IMG/VR virus record: IMGVR_UViG_3300014208_000430 | Direction: 5' to 3' (one strand) | Origin: an uncultured virus (IMG/VR IMGVR_UViG_3300014208_000430) | Lineage: Duplodnaviria; Heunggongvirae; Uroviricota; Caudoviricetes | Length of the DNA: 20,000 nucleotides | Shown here: positions 8,299-15,914 of the stretch, piece after piece | Position numbering within the stretch: the first letter of the stretch is position 1 | How the letters are laid out: each line of letters begins with the position of its first letter | Notes under the pieces: generated by a model | What the model saw: only the letters and a program-made list of their open reading frames with translations | Database searches by the model: none | Told to the model about the DNA's origin: nothing | Program-made: the position numbers and the translations under genes

Positions 8299-8436
8299 TT
8301 ATTTCTCCTTTTGATTATTCCACACTTCTGGATTTGGACAATTTAAAACATTTATCCATGAAACACCTACTTTATATATACATATTCCTTTATTATTTAA
8401 CGTGCAACCTTTTAATTTACATTTAAATTCAACCAT
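8299..8436 (-). CDS. Cys-rich microprotein, 45 aa
   Basis: MVEFKCKLKGCTLNNKGIC...NCP; GGAGG SD. Confidence 0.7.
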   Translation of the reverse strand: MVEFKCKLKGCTLNNKGICIYKVGVSWINVLNCPNPEVWNNQKEK

Positions 8437-8622
8437 TTATCCTCCAAACAACTTTCCTAATACATTTCCTATACTATCAAGAAATCCACCTTCGTCATCT
8501 TCATCCTCTTTTCTATCATCTTTTCTTCTGTCATTTATGTAATTTTCTGTTGGTTCTCTACATTCAGGACAGAATTCTGCATCCTTATTCATTATGTAGT
8601 ATCCACACTTTTCACATTTCAT
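8437..8622 (-). CDS. Zinc-ribbon protein with acidic linker and amphipathic C-terminal helix
   Basis: CEKC...FCPEC; GGFLDSIGNVLGKLFGG. Confidence 0.8.
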   Translation of the reverse strand: MKCEKCGYYIMNKDAEFCPECREPTENYINDRRKDDRKEDEDDEGGFLDSIGNVLGKLFGG

Positions 8623-9116
8623 TATTTATTCCTCCCTTTACTTTTTACACAATATGTTGGACAAATTAGTTCATCTTCTACAATAATTCCATTTTCTTCT
8701 AAGTATTTTCTAATTTTTAGAGTGTCTCTATCTATGTCTGCAGACTTTCGTCTGTCAATTATTACAGCATATCCTTTGTCTTTAATTCTTTTTATTCGAA
8801 CTCTGATGTTTTTAATTGATGTTACAGTTGTTTTTATTTTTATTGAACTAATTTCATATTTATAATTAAGTCTAATTAGTTCATCGATAACAGTTTTCTT
8901 TATTTTTTGTCTTATTTTATTGTCAACAATTGAATCGTTTGGTCTTTTTAATATATGTTTTACTTTATCTTGCCAAGATGTTAAGAAGTCTGGTATTCTG
9001 TCACCAATGTATATTACATTTCTTGATAACACTTTTCCATTTGCAGTTACAGACCATGGTTTCTGTACTTTATTTATGTCATATTTCTTTTGTTCATTTG
9101 TTTTAGATTTTCTCAT
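8622..9116 (-). CDS. Basic hypothetical protein, 164 aa
   Basis: ORF track; coupled overlaps at both ends. Confidence 0.8.
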   Translation of the reverse strand: MRKSKTNEQKKYDINKVQKPWSVTANGKVLSRNVIYIGDRIPDFLTSWQDKVKHILKRPNDSIVDNKIRQKIKKTVIDELIRLNYKYEISSIKIKTTVTSIKNIRVRIKRIKDKGYAVIIDRRKSADIDRDTLKIRKYLEENGIIVEDELICPTYCVKSKGRNK

Positions 9117-9382
9117 ATTCTATATCCTCTTATTTTTTCTTCCTTGTCTTTAGGTTCAAAGAAATGTGTGTTATAATTATCAGTTATAACTAATTTTTGT
9201 TTAAACGCTTCTGATAACGGAATCCATTTAAGTTCACGTGTTATAAGTACATCTAAATCAGATATATACATAGAAGTCATACTACCATCATCAAAGTGAA
9301 CTAACACTTCACCTACAGTTAAAGTGTTAAAACTATTTGACGTTCCCTTCACATTATTATTTTGTTTTAATCTTACAATCAT
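9113..9382 (-). CDS. Hypothetical protein, 89 aa
   Basis: ORF track; AAGGT SD. Confidence 0.8.
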   Translation of the reverse strand: MIVRLKQNNNVKGTSNSFNTLTVGEVLVHFDDGSMTSMYISDLDVLITRELKWIPLSEAFKQKLVITDNYNTHFFEPKDKEEKIRGYRI

Positions 9383-9395
9383 ATTTTATACCTTC

Positions 9396-9602
9396 TTACT
9401 TATTATTAATACTTTTAGTTCGTATGCCTAATTGATATTTGTTATAAACATAATTTGTTTTAGTGTACAATTTTCTTTCGATTCCTCCAAATGTACATGT
9501 TTTTTTTTCTTTTTTATGTTTACATGTTTCACACTCTTTTGTTAAATTTATACATCTTCCTTTTTTGATTCGAGTAAGTCGTTTCTTTTCTTTATCCAGC
9601 AA
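9396..9602 (-). CDS. CxxC microprotein; start uncertain (probably nearer 9550)
   Basis: CETC...C motif; the TTG start overlaps the upstream gene by 55 nt. Confidence 0.5.
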   Translation of the reverse strand: MLDKEKKRLTRIKKGRCINLTKECETCKHKKEKKTCTFGGIERKLYTKTNYVYNKYQLGIRTKSINNK

Positions 9603-9724
9603 TTAAAACACAATTCATCTGGATTATCATTTTGCCATTCAGTATATGCAGATAATGATTCGAGTGATGTATTTATTATTACTACAGATTGTTTGTGTCC
9701 ACATTTATATTCTCGATAACTCAT
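9548..9724 (-). CDS. Zinc-binding microprotein, 58 aa
   Basis: MSYREYKCGH...LCFNCW; GAGGT SD. Confidence 0.7.
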   Translation of the reverse strand: MSYREYKCGHKQSVVIINTSLESLSAYTEWQNDNPDELCFNCWIKKRNDLLESKKEDV

Positions 9725-9725
9725 A

Positions 9726-9806
9726 TTACCTCTTATTTGTTAATATAAAAATAACAAGAAATGTTAATATTAATATAATCATATATTCATATTTTGTTAA
9801 GCTCAT
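9726..9806 (-). CDS. Single-TM microprotein, 26 aa
   Basis: MSLTKYEYMIILILTFLVIFILTNKR; exactly fills the gap. Confidence 0.55.
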   Translation of the reverse strand: MSLTKYEYMIILILTFLVIFILTNKR

Positions 9807-9807
9807 A

Positions 9808-10041
9808 TTAATCATCTTTCTTATTTTCTAAGTAAAAGATAACTGCCATTCTTAAACTTTCCTGAACACTTTTACCTGTTATATCTAATAAACGTTGTCT
9901 TTCATCTTTATGTAAAAGAGTTTGTGTATGATAATATTCTCCATGAAATTTGCATATTCTTCCTATTTTCCTTTCGGATCTTAGGTTAGAATCTAATTTC
10001 TTTCGTTTTTTTCTTATATTATTCAATGTTTCGATTGACAT
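9808..10041 (-). CDS. RHH-like protein resembling archaeal DUF5371
   Basis: YHTQTLLHKDERQRLLDITGKSVQESLRMAVIFYL resembles HxQTVLxxxxxxxLxxxTGxxxxxEALxxAVxxYL as I recall it. Confidence 0.55.
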   Translation of the reverse strand: MSIETLNNIRKKRKKLDSNLRSERKIGRICKFHGEYYHTQTLLHKDERQRLLDITGKSVQESLRMAVIFYLENKKDD

Positions 10042-10043
10042 AT

Positions 10044-10190
10044 TTATTCAATCCTAAGTTCAACACATCTTTTACATTCATCACTTTTCGGTGTAAGATT
10101 ATATTCACATAACCAAACTTCATCTGAATTTTCATCAAATGTAAGTTCAGAATGTCTACATTTACGACAACATATATCTTCTACTGTCAT
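10044..10190 (-). CDS. Cys-rich microprotein, 48 aa
   Basis: CCRKC...WLC...CKRC. Confidence 0.7.
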   Translation of the reverse strand: MTVEDICCRKCRHSELTFDENSDEVWLCEYNLTPKSDECKRCVELRIE

Positions 10191-10192
10191 AA

Positions 10193-10444
10193 TTATACAT
10201 CTCTTAATAAACATGACCATCCAATATATGGATTATATTCATATTCATATTTATAACAATATATATAAACATATTCAGTATCATGATATATAGTTATTTT
10301 ATCGTTATTATCAGTATTTGGATAAACAACATCAACAATTTCTAGTCTTTTAGAAGAGCTTTCTTTTGATGTTACTTTATTCACACAACCAGCAATTAAT
10401 ATTGCTAAGATTAATATTCCAATTACTAATTTTTTATCTACCAT
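10193..10444 (-). CDS. Putative lipoprotein
   Basis: MVDKKLVIGILILAILIAGC lipobox. Confidence 0.75.
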   Translation of the reverse strand: MVDKKLVIGILILAILIAGCVNKVTSKESSSKRLEIVDVVYPNTDNNDKITIYHDTEYVYIYCYKYEYEYNPYIGWSCLLRDV

Positions 10445-11010
10445 TTCACATACACCTCACGTTCGCCTTTTGATACTCCATAGACTTTGTGATTATATTT
10501 AAAGTTTTGACCTGTTTTTCCAGCAAGATAAAATCTTTCTGTCATTAAAAGATCGTTTCTAAGATATTCTTTTACTTGTTCCTTATGACCTTCTCGCCAC
10601 ATCTTCGGTACATCGATACTTGCTTCAGTTTTTGATAATCCAAAGTTTCTCGTGCAGATGTCATTTAGGGATACCCATCCTGCATCACCAGTAAATTTAT
10701 CAAATTCTAACATTGTGTCAAAAAGTTTTGAATTAAATATTTTCATTGCTTCTTTGTCTATATAATGTTTCAATACACGTGCATCGAACTGGATTATATT
10801 ATGTCCAACGATTTTATCAGCATTTACAATCAGTTCAAATATTAGATCTTCAATATTTTCCTCTTCATAAGTTTGATATTGACCATTATACAATGTTCCA
10901 AGTTCTGCAATTCCAATGTTTTTATAATTTTCTTCTTTTTTCCAACCTCCTTCAAAATCTGTCATCAAATATTTTGTTTCGATATCTAAATATATTACAT
11001 CTTCATCCAT
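10438..11010 (-). CDS. DEDD-family 3'-5' exonuclease (RNase H-like/YprB-type)
   Basis: ExoI YLDIET, ExoII VGHNIIQFD, ExoIII YLRND. Confidence 0.85.
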   Translation of the reverse strand: MDEDVIYLDIETKYLMTDFEGGWKKEENYKNIGIAELGTLYNGQYQTYEEENIEDLIFELIVNADKIVGHNIIQFDARVLKHYIDKEAMKIFNSKLFDTMLEFDKFTGDAGWVSLNDICTRNFGLSKTEASIDVPKMWREGHKEQVKEYLRNDLLMTERFYLAGKTGQNFKYNHKVYGVSKGEREVYVKW

Positions 11011-11024
11011 ATTATTTCCTATAA

Positions 11025-11171
11025 CTAATTTCTATAACAAAGTCCTGGAATAAAAATAAATCCAAGTAAACACCAAGGACTTTTTGTAACATATAATCCT
11101 AATACTACAGCAATCGTAATTCCAATCGATAATACTGCATGTGCAGCTTCAACACTTAATTTAATTTCCAT
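11025..11171 (-). CDS. Small membrane protein, 48 aa
   Basis: MEIKLSVEAAHAVLSIGITIAVVLGLYVTKSPWCLLGFIFIP. Confidence 0.7.
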   Translation of the reverse strand: MEIKLSVEAAHAVLSIGITIAVVLGLYVTKSPWCLLGFIFIPGLCYRN

Positions 11172-11432
11172 TTAAAATTCACTTTCCTTAAACTTTTTAT
11201 CTAAATGTTCAATTGCCGAATCTCTCATTAAATCAACAATTTCTAAATAATCTATTTCTGAATAATCATTTCTTAGTGATCTCCAGATTTGAATTACCAT
11301 ACCTTTATCTTCTATAAGTTTTATTTCACTATCTTTTAATATCATTTCAATCTTCCCCCACCACTCTTTATCATTCCATTTTTCTCTTAATTCATGAATT
11401 GCTCTATCTTCTAATGAAAATCTTGTCATCAT
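11172..11432 (-). CDS. Hypothetical protein, 86 aa
   Basis: ORF track. Confidence 0.75.
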   Translation of the reverse strand: MMTRFSLEDRAIHELREKWNDKEWWGKIEMILKDSEIKLIEDKGMVIQIWRSLRNDYSEIDYLEIVDLMRDSAIEHLDKKFKESEF

Positions 11433-11444
11433 TGTTTGAATTAA

Positions 11445-11606
11445 TTATGTTAAATTATTTCGTTCATCTTGCATTTGTTTATGAATAATTTCTATCGATT
11501 CTTTATCACGACCATTTGCACGAATTAAGTCTGACATTCTTCTTAATATTTTTTGATACTCTTGTTCTATTCCATTAGGTCTATATGTAAATTCTAACAT
11601 ATCCAT
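11445..11606 (-). CDS. Hypothetical protein, 53 aa
   Basis: MDMLEFTYRPNGIEQEYQKIL...; GAGG SD. Confidence 0.65.
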   Translation of the reverse strand: MDMLEFTYRPNGIEQEYQKILRRMSDLIRANGRDKESIEIIHKQMQDERNNLT

Positions 11607-11608
11607 AT

Positions 11609-11836
11609 TTAATCATCCTCATCAAACCAATTTTGAATTATAATATTTCCTACAAACTGATCTTTTAGTTTATTTACTGGTAGTTCTAACATTCTTCCAT
11701 CTTCATTACAAATTACATTTCCAACATATTCGATGTAACCTCCAACAAACTCTTGCATTTCTTTTAGAGTCATTTTATCTACATCTGATATTATTCCATC
11801 AGATGTTATTTTTGTAAATTTTAGTTTATCTGTCAT
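11609..11836 (-). CDS. DUF3846-like protein
   Basis: TLKEMQEFVGGYIE...CNEDG..LELPVN...VGNIII. Confidence 0.75.
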   Translation of the reverse strand: MTDKLKFTKITSDGIISDVDKMTLKEMQEFVGGYIEYVGNVICNEDGRMLELPVNKLKDQFVGNIIIQNWFDEDD

Positions 11837-11839
11837 AAT

Positions 11840-12046
11840 TTACTCCAAACTCTTCAATTGTTCTAATAACCATTCCTTTGCTTTCTTTTTATCTATTTTG
11901 ATAAACATAGCAATTCCTTTCTCCATTTCCCAACAATTTGAGCATAATCCCATTCTTATATAAGGAGTGTCTCTTTTACACAATCTACAAGGAACTACTC
12001 TGTCAACATTCAATATCTTGATAAGTTTATCAGATTCATTTATCAT
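11840..12046 (-). CDS. Zinc-finger protein, 68 aa
   Basis: CRLC...LCSNCW; GAGGTGA SD. Confidence 0.8.
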   Translation of the reverse strand: MINESDKLIKILNVDRVVPCRLCKRDTPYIRMGLCSNCWEMEKGIAMFIKIDKKKAKEWLLEQLKSLE

Positions 12047-12050
12047 TTAA

Positions 12051-12160
12051 TCACCTCTCTTCAAAATCTTCACATGAATCTATAGGATCATCATCATCTT
12101 CACATATACAGATTCCATATTTTCATTGCAATATAAACATTTTTTATTATCTTTAATCAT
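12051..12160 (-). pseudogene. Cys-rich microprotein interrupted by an apparent 1-nt deletion
   Basis: MIKDNKKCLYCNE joins YGICICEDDDDPIDSCEDFEER* only with one extra A at 12120-12123. Confidence 0.45.
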
Positions 12161-12161
12161 T

Positions 12162-12452
12162 TTATTTTTCCTCTATCTTACGAACATTTATATAGTCTTT
12201 CTTTAGATTTTTCTTTCTTATTAATCCTTTTTCTGTCTGACACCAATTCTGTTTTAGATTTTTATCCTGTAATTCATAACCTACCAATCCAACCATAAGT
12301 ATATAGAATTTATTATAATCACTTGTTAAAACTTCTATAATATCTTCATCAGTCATATCAATTTTTGGTAATAATAAGTTTCCATTTGAGAAACTTCTTT
12401 TTAAGTCTTGTATTTTTTGATACGACTGTTCTGAGATTTCTATTGTTTTCAT
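12162..12452 (-). CDS. RHH/antitoxin-like DNA-binding protein, 96 aa (true start MKTIEIS)
   Basis: MKTIEISEQSYQKIQDLK...TDEDIIEVL; GAGG SD; ATGA overlap. Confidence 0.7.
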   Translation of the reverse strand: MKTIEISEQSYQKIQDLKRSFSNGNLLLPKIDMTDEDIIEVLTSDYNKFYILMVGLVGYELQDKNLKQNWCQTEKGLIRKKNLKKDYINVRKIEEK

Positions 12453-12568
12453 GTAGTCCTCAGAAGTATGTAGACAAATAACAATATAATAAATATTATT
12501 AGAAATGCTATAAATTCCCATTCAGATACATCAATTTCTATTGACCATTTTCTTAATTCTATTTTCAT
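12449..12568 (-). CDS. Single-TM microprotein, 39 aa
   Basis: MKIELRKWSIEIDVSEWEFIAFLIIFIILLFVYILL; ATGA overlaps at both ends. Confidence 0.65.
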   Translation of the reverse strand: MKIELRKWSIEIDVSEWEFIAFLIIFIILLFVYILLRTT

Positions 12569-12896
12569 GATTTCTCTTTTATAGAAGCTATAGATTCAAA
12601 TCTTTTGCACTTACAATATGATTTTGTACAGTTATCATTTCCGTGTAAATTTCCTGTAACTAAATCTGCATGTTCAAACTTTGGATGACCACATATACAT
12701 GTTAAAGATTGTCTTATTATACAATCTTCTTTCATTTTTCTTGTTAGATTTTCTTCTGCTTTATTTAAACCTTCTTCTATACAATTATCTGTTACATCTT
12801 GTAGATTTATTTTTCCATATTTACTAAGTTTTATTTGAAGAATTTTTAGTTTAGTATGAGATTCCTTACTTATGTCAATTTTTTTACGTTATTCAT
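12565..12896 (-). CDS. RHH plus Cys/His zinc-finger protein requiring a -1 shift at an A7 run
   Basis: AAGGAG-ATG AAT AAC GTA AAA AAA; the -1 frame continues IDISKESHTKLKILQIKL...CICGHPKFEH...C..SYCKC. Confidence 0.6.
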
Positions 12897-13047
12897 TTTT
12901 CTCCTTTATTTCAAAGTATCTTTTTCCATATGGATATTCAATTGCTAAATGAAAACATTCAGAATTTTTTAAAAATATGTTTAATAATCTATCCATTTTA
13001 GTTACATATCTTAGATATTTTTTCTTTTCCTCTGGAATTTTATTCAT
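12889..13047 (-). CDS. Hypothetical protein, 52 aa
   Basis: MNKIPEEKKKYLRYVTKM...; GGAG SD. Confidence 0.65.
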   Translation of the reverse strand: MNKIPEEKKKYLRYVTKMDRLLNIFLKNSECFHLAIEYPYGKRYFEIKEKNE

Positions 13048-13309
13048 TTAAATTCTCCACTTTTTCGAATAAGTCTACATCATATAAAAATGTTTCTATG
13101 TTATAATTACTGTCATCATTTGTTTTGATCTTAATTGGTTTATGTGTAAAAGAACTAATTCTAACTTTATCCCCTGTCATATTTTTCATCAGTCTTACAA
13201 TTTGTAAATCGTTATCTTCTACAATTGATAAGAATGTATACATTTTCCTATATTTAGGATTTGAAACATCATCTTTTCTGCGTACTATATCGCCAATTTT
13301 ATAATTCAT
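13040..13309 (-). CDS. Hypothetical protein with KOW/SH3-like N-terminus
   Basis: MNYKIGDIVRRK; AAGGAG SD. Confidence 0.75.
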   Translation of the reverse strand: MNYKIGDIVRRKDDVSNPKYRKMYTFLSIVEDNDLQIVRLMKNMTGDKVRISSFTHKPIKIKTNDDSNYNIETFLYDVDLFEKVENLNE

Positions 13310-13330
13310 AATTATGCTCCTTTTGTTAAT

Positions 13331-13591
13331 TTAATATCTTCCAAGACAGATACATTCTGTCGTTGGACACATACATCTTCCTACTCTGTCACAGTTTGAT
13401 TTATTACAATCAACTGGCCAACAGTTCATACAATGATCACATACTTTCTTTTCTGGATTGTTGTGACATTCTGGATACCAATCTGAATTTTCAAATATTT
13501 CAGATAATAATTTGTTTGCTTTCTTTTCAAAAAATTTTATTTCATCTTTTGCTTGTTTTAGTTTTTCATTTTGTATTTCCTTAGTTTTCGT
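13331..13591 (-). CDS. 86-aa coiled-coil plus 10-Cys domain protein with putative ACG start
   Basis: AAAAGGTGAACATTT-ACG-AAA-ACT; (M)KTKEIQNEKLKQAKDEIKFFEKK...CDHCMNCWPVDC...CMC...CIC; first in-frame ATG is codon 55. Confidence 0.7.
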   Translation of the reverse strand, partial: TKTKEIQNEKLKQAKDEIKFFEKKANKLLSEIFENSDWYPECHNNPEKKVCDHCMNCWPVDCNKSNCDRVGRCMCPTTECICLGRY

Positions 13592-13597
13592 AAATGT

Positions 13598-13732
13598 TCA
13601 CCTTTTCCCTCTTGGATTATACCGTTCTATTGGAATTGCTGGTTTACATTCAGCAATACATCTTAATACGTAATTACAATATTTGTCAATTTTTTTCATT
13701 TGATTATTGTTTATGTCGATAAGATATCCCAT
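13598..13732 (-). CDS. Hypothetical protein, 44 aa
   Basis: MGYLIDINNNQMKKIDKYC...; ends in AGG TGA, which forms the next SD. Confidence 0.55.
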   Translation of the reverse strand: MGYLIDINNNQMKKIDKYCNYVLRCIAECKPAIPIERYNPRGKR

Positions 13733-13754
13733 AATCCATTCCTTCTGTTTAATG

Positions 13755-13895
13755 TTAACTTGCAGGCATACTTTTAGATTTTTCTTCGATCAATTTTCTT
13801 ATTTCATAATACGATTCTTTGTTAAAATTTTTTGTGTGAAACATACATAGTTCATCATTACAAGATGAACAACTTCCTATACATTCTCCTGTCAT
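13755..13895 (-). CDS. Cys-rich microprotein, 46 aa
   Basis: MTGECIGSCSSCNDELCMFH; AGGAG SD. Confidence 0.7.
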   Translation of the reverse strand: MTGECIGSCSSCNDELCMFHTKNFNKESYYEIRKLIEEKSKSMPAS

Positions 13896-13903
13896 TAAAT
13901 CTC

Positions 13904-14059
13904 CTAACATATTATATAATTCTTTCCTTTTTGATAAAATAATTCTCTTTGTTTACAGTTTTGAAAATCTTTTCCTTCGGTTTCGTATGTACAATCTGAA
14001 CAACATAATGTTCTACATTGTGCTGCTGTTGTTGGTGTTATTCTTAGGTCTTTTGTCAT
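13904..14059 (-). CDS. Cys-rich microprotein, 51 aa
   Basis: MTKDLRITPTTAAQCRTLCCSDC...C. Confidence 0.65.
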   Translation of the reverse strand: MTKDLRITPTTAAQCRTLCCSDCTYETEGKDFQNCKQRELFYQKGKNYIIC

Positions 14060-14073
14060 AATTACTCATTAAA

Positions 14074-14268
14074 TTAGATACCGTATTCATTACCATACAA
14101 TTTTATTCTGCGTTCTATTATCAGAGCATCAAATAACTCATCAGAATGATCATATTGACAATTTTTACATGATATATTTTTTACACATTCATTTATATTA
14201 TCCATACAACCTTCGAATTTTCTTCGTGATTTCATGCTTACATAAGATGTGTTCAATTTTTTTATCAT
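14074..14268 (-). CDS. Cys-rich protein, 64 aa
   Basis: C..C..CKNC; AGGAG SD. Confidence 0.75.
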   Translation of the reverse strand: MIKKLNTSYVSMKSRRKFEGCMDNINECVKNISCKNCQYDHSDELFDALIIERRIKLYGNEYGI

Positions 14269-14385
14269 ATTTTACTCCTATAATTTTCTTTTCTTATTGT
14301 CATGCTTACTCCTACATATTATTACTGATTAATATTCTTGCTCTTCTCATAGCTTCTTCTTGTGATAGATTATACTCCTTATCAA

Positions 14386-14553
14386 TTATAATAACTCTAG
14401 ATCTTCTAATGTAACATTTACTCTTTTTAGTAACAATTCATTATTATTAATAATTTCAAACTTTACATAATCATCAACACAACCCCATTCTTTTGGGATT
14501 ATTATATACTTGCTATATTTACTAAACTTTCGTATTTGTTTTAATTCTTTCAT
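14386..14553 (-). CDS. AbrB/SpoVT-like DNA-binding protein, 55 aa
   Basis: QIRKFSKYSKYIIIPKEWG...DYVKFEI...ELLLK swapped-hairpin pattern; first gene of the leftward unit. Confidence 0.65.
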   Translation of the reverse strand: MKELKQIRKFSKYSKYIIIPKEWGCVDDYVKFEIINNNELLLKRVNVTLEDLELL

Positions 14554-14562
14554 GTTATCTTC

Positions 14563-14602
14563 CTATAAAATCACTCATATAATTAGTTATATGATTTTAT
14601 AG
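14563..14602. promoter_or_regulatory. Inverted-repeat operator between TATA box and AbrB start
   Basis: CTATAAAATCA (14563-14573) / TGATTTTATAG (14592-14602); nested TCATATAA / TTATATGA. Confidence 0.55.
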
Positions 14603-14618
14603 TATAAATATGTTTTGG
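14603..14618 (-). promoter_or_regulatory. Leftward BRE-TATA promoter
   Basis: CCAAAACA-TATTTATA on the minus strand. Confidence 0.45.
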
Positions 14619-14703
14619 AATCATTTTAAAAATAATAAAAAAGTCATGAAAATGTGGTCTAGATATATAGCGACCGGTTAGACTTTATAAATTTGTTTTA
14701 AAA

Positions 14704-14754
14704 GAAAAGACTTATATACTTTGGAGTACTTTATAAGGGTATAAGATTATAAAG
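14704..14754 (+). promoter_or_regulatory. Rightward BRE-TATA promoter with downstream inverted repeat
   Basis: GAAAAGA-CTTATATA; CTTTATAA (14729-14736) / TTATAAAG (14747-14754); AGGTGA SD follows. Confidence 0.6.
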
Positions 14755-14762
14755 GTGAAAGA

Positions 14763-14957
14763 ATGGTAAAATCGCTAATTATAAGTGATGAAACTCACTA
14801 CAGAATAGTAGAAAGGCAAACAGAATTGCTAAAATTAGGAACAAGAAAAAAAATCAATGAAATAAGCGAAGAAGTTATAAATGTAGGTTTGTTTACAATA
14901 AAAAATAAGCAACTAATTATTGAATTAATGGATAAAATTAAGGTGGACACAAAATGA
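14763..14957 (+). CDS. Ribbon-helix-helix DNA-binding protein
   Basis: MVKSLIISDETHYRIVERQTEL...; similar to 2461..2634. Confidence 0.75.
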   Translation: MVKSLIISDETHYRIVERQTELLKLGTRKKINEISEEVINVGLFTIKNKQLIIELMDKIKVDTK

Positions 14958-15580
14958 AATCAAAAATAGAAACTCTCAACCTAATAATAGGGAAAGTATA
15001 TTCTCCAGAAAGAATAATAAAAGAAATTGAGAAATTTGGAGACAATTCAAGAATTGAAATTGGTCATGCATTTATCGCAGATAATAAGAAACTCATAACA
15101 CCTTATCATGATTATCATCTTAATACGTTAAAACTAAAGAATCTTATAGAACTAGGAATTCAGAAAGATAAAGAAGCTTTAGAAAAATTAACTGAAGAAT
15201 TGATAGCTAAAGGAACAAAACCTAAAGAAGTTAAGCAAATTATATCAAATCTAGGAAAACTAGAAATTCATGTTCAAGTATTGTCGATAGTAAATCCATG
15301 CCAACAAAACTTTGCATACAAACTTATAATGAGTGATGATGTACAAGAATCTCTAATGGATACATCAGCAGATACATTAATAGATATGAATGATTTAAAG
15401 AAACACGAATACACAAACAGAGGCGTCGGAGCAGCCGTAAAATGTATAAACTGCGTTCTCGGAAAAAACGGATTTGCTGATTATAAAGCAAGGTTTCACA
15501 GTGAAGATAAGAAACACTTTGTGCTAATACAACATATAGGTGAAGTTAGAGAGAATGAAGAATGTAATTGTGAGGAATAA
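14954..15580 (+). CDS. Hypothetical protein, 208 aa
   Basis: ORF track; AGGTGG SD; ATGA-type overlap with upstream gene. Confidence 0.85.
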   Translation: MKSKIETLNLIIGKVYSPERIIKEIEKFGDNSRIEIGHAFIADNKKLITPYHDYHLNTLKLKNLIELGIQKDKEALEKLTEELIAKGTKPKEVKQIISNLGKLEIHVQVLSIVNPCQQNFAYKLIMSDDVQESLMDTSADTLIDMNDLKKHEYTNRGVGAAVKCINCVLGKNGFADYKARFHSEDKKHFVLIQHIGEVRENEECNCEE

Positions 15581-15582
15581 AT

Positions 15583-15732
15583 ATGGAAACATTATACTAT
15601 ATAAATATAATTGCAGGATTAATGTGTTTATATTCTGTAGTTATGTTTAGAAATCAACCAAAAAAACAAAGATTACTAATGTTATTATTTGCAATAGTAA
15701 ATATTGGTGGTGTAATATATTTAAATATATAA
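15583..15732 (+). CDS. Two-TM microprotein, 49 aa
   Basis: METLYYINIIAGLMCLYSVV...; GAGG SD. Confidence 0.7.
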   Translation: METLYYINIIAGLMCLYSVVMFRNQPKKQRLLMLLFAIVNIGGVIYLNI

Positions 15733-15745
15733 AAGAGGAATAAAT

Positions 15746-15904
15746 ATGACAGATGAATTGTTAAGTGTTGAAATTAAAGCTTATATGACAAAAGAAGCAT
15801 TTGAATATATTAAAAGTGCATTGAAATATAACGGAAGTTCAAGTGCACGTTTAATCTCATACGATAAAGACATAAAAATTGTATGGATGGAACAAAAATT
15901 ATAA
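15746..15904 (+). CDS. Hypothetical protein, 52 aa
   Basis: MTDELLSVEIKAYMTKEAFEYIK; GAGG SD. Confidence 0.7.
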   Translation: MTDELLSVEIKAYMTKEAFEYIKSALKYNGSSSARLISYDKDIKIVWMEQKL

Positions 15905-15914
15905 AGGAATAATT

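Noticed and set aside
12453..12521. N-terminal extension of ORF 12162..12521 (likewise the extended starts at 5615, 15879 and 17480)
   Set aside because: These overlap neighbouring frames; downstream ATGs fit the SD position or operon tiling, and family-typical N-termini where recognisable
2086..13600. Stop-codon reassignment or readthrough, because startless ORFs at 2085, 12888 and 13591 are in frame with upstream stops
   Set aside because: The stops involved are both TAA and TGA, the same codons clearly terminate many other genes, and strong SDs sit at these junctions; TAG stops are also followed by new SD-ATG starts
2102..14414. Plus-strand ORF-track calls in the left block (2102, 4024, 6257, 7704, 8920, 9646, 10746, 13363, 14169)
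   Set aside because: Antisense shadows of SD-backed minus-strand genes, with F/L/I-rich composition typical of reverse-complemented A-rich coding DNA
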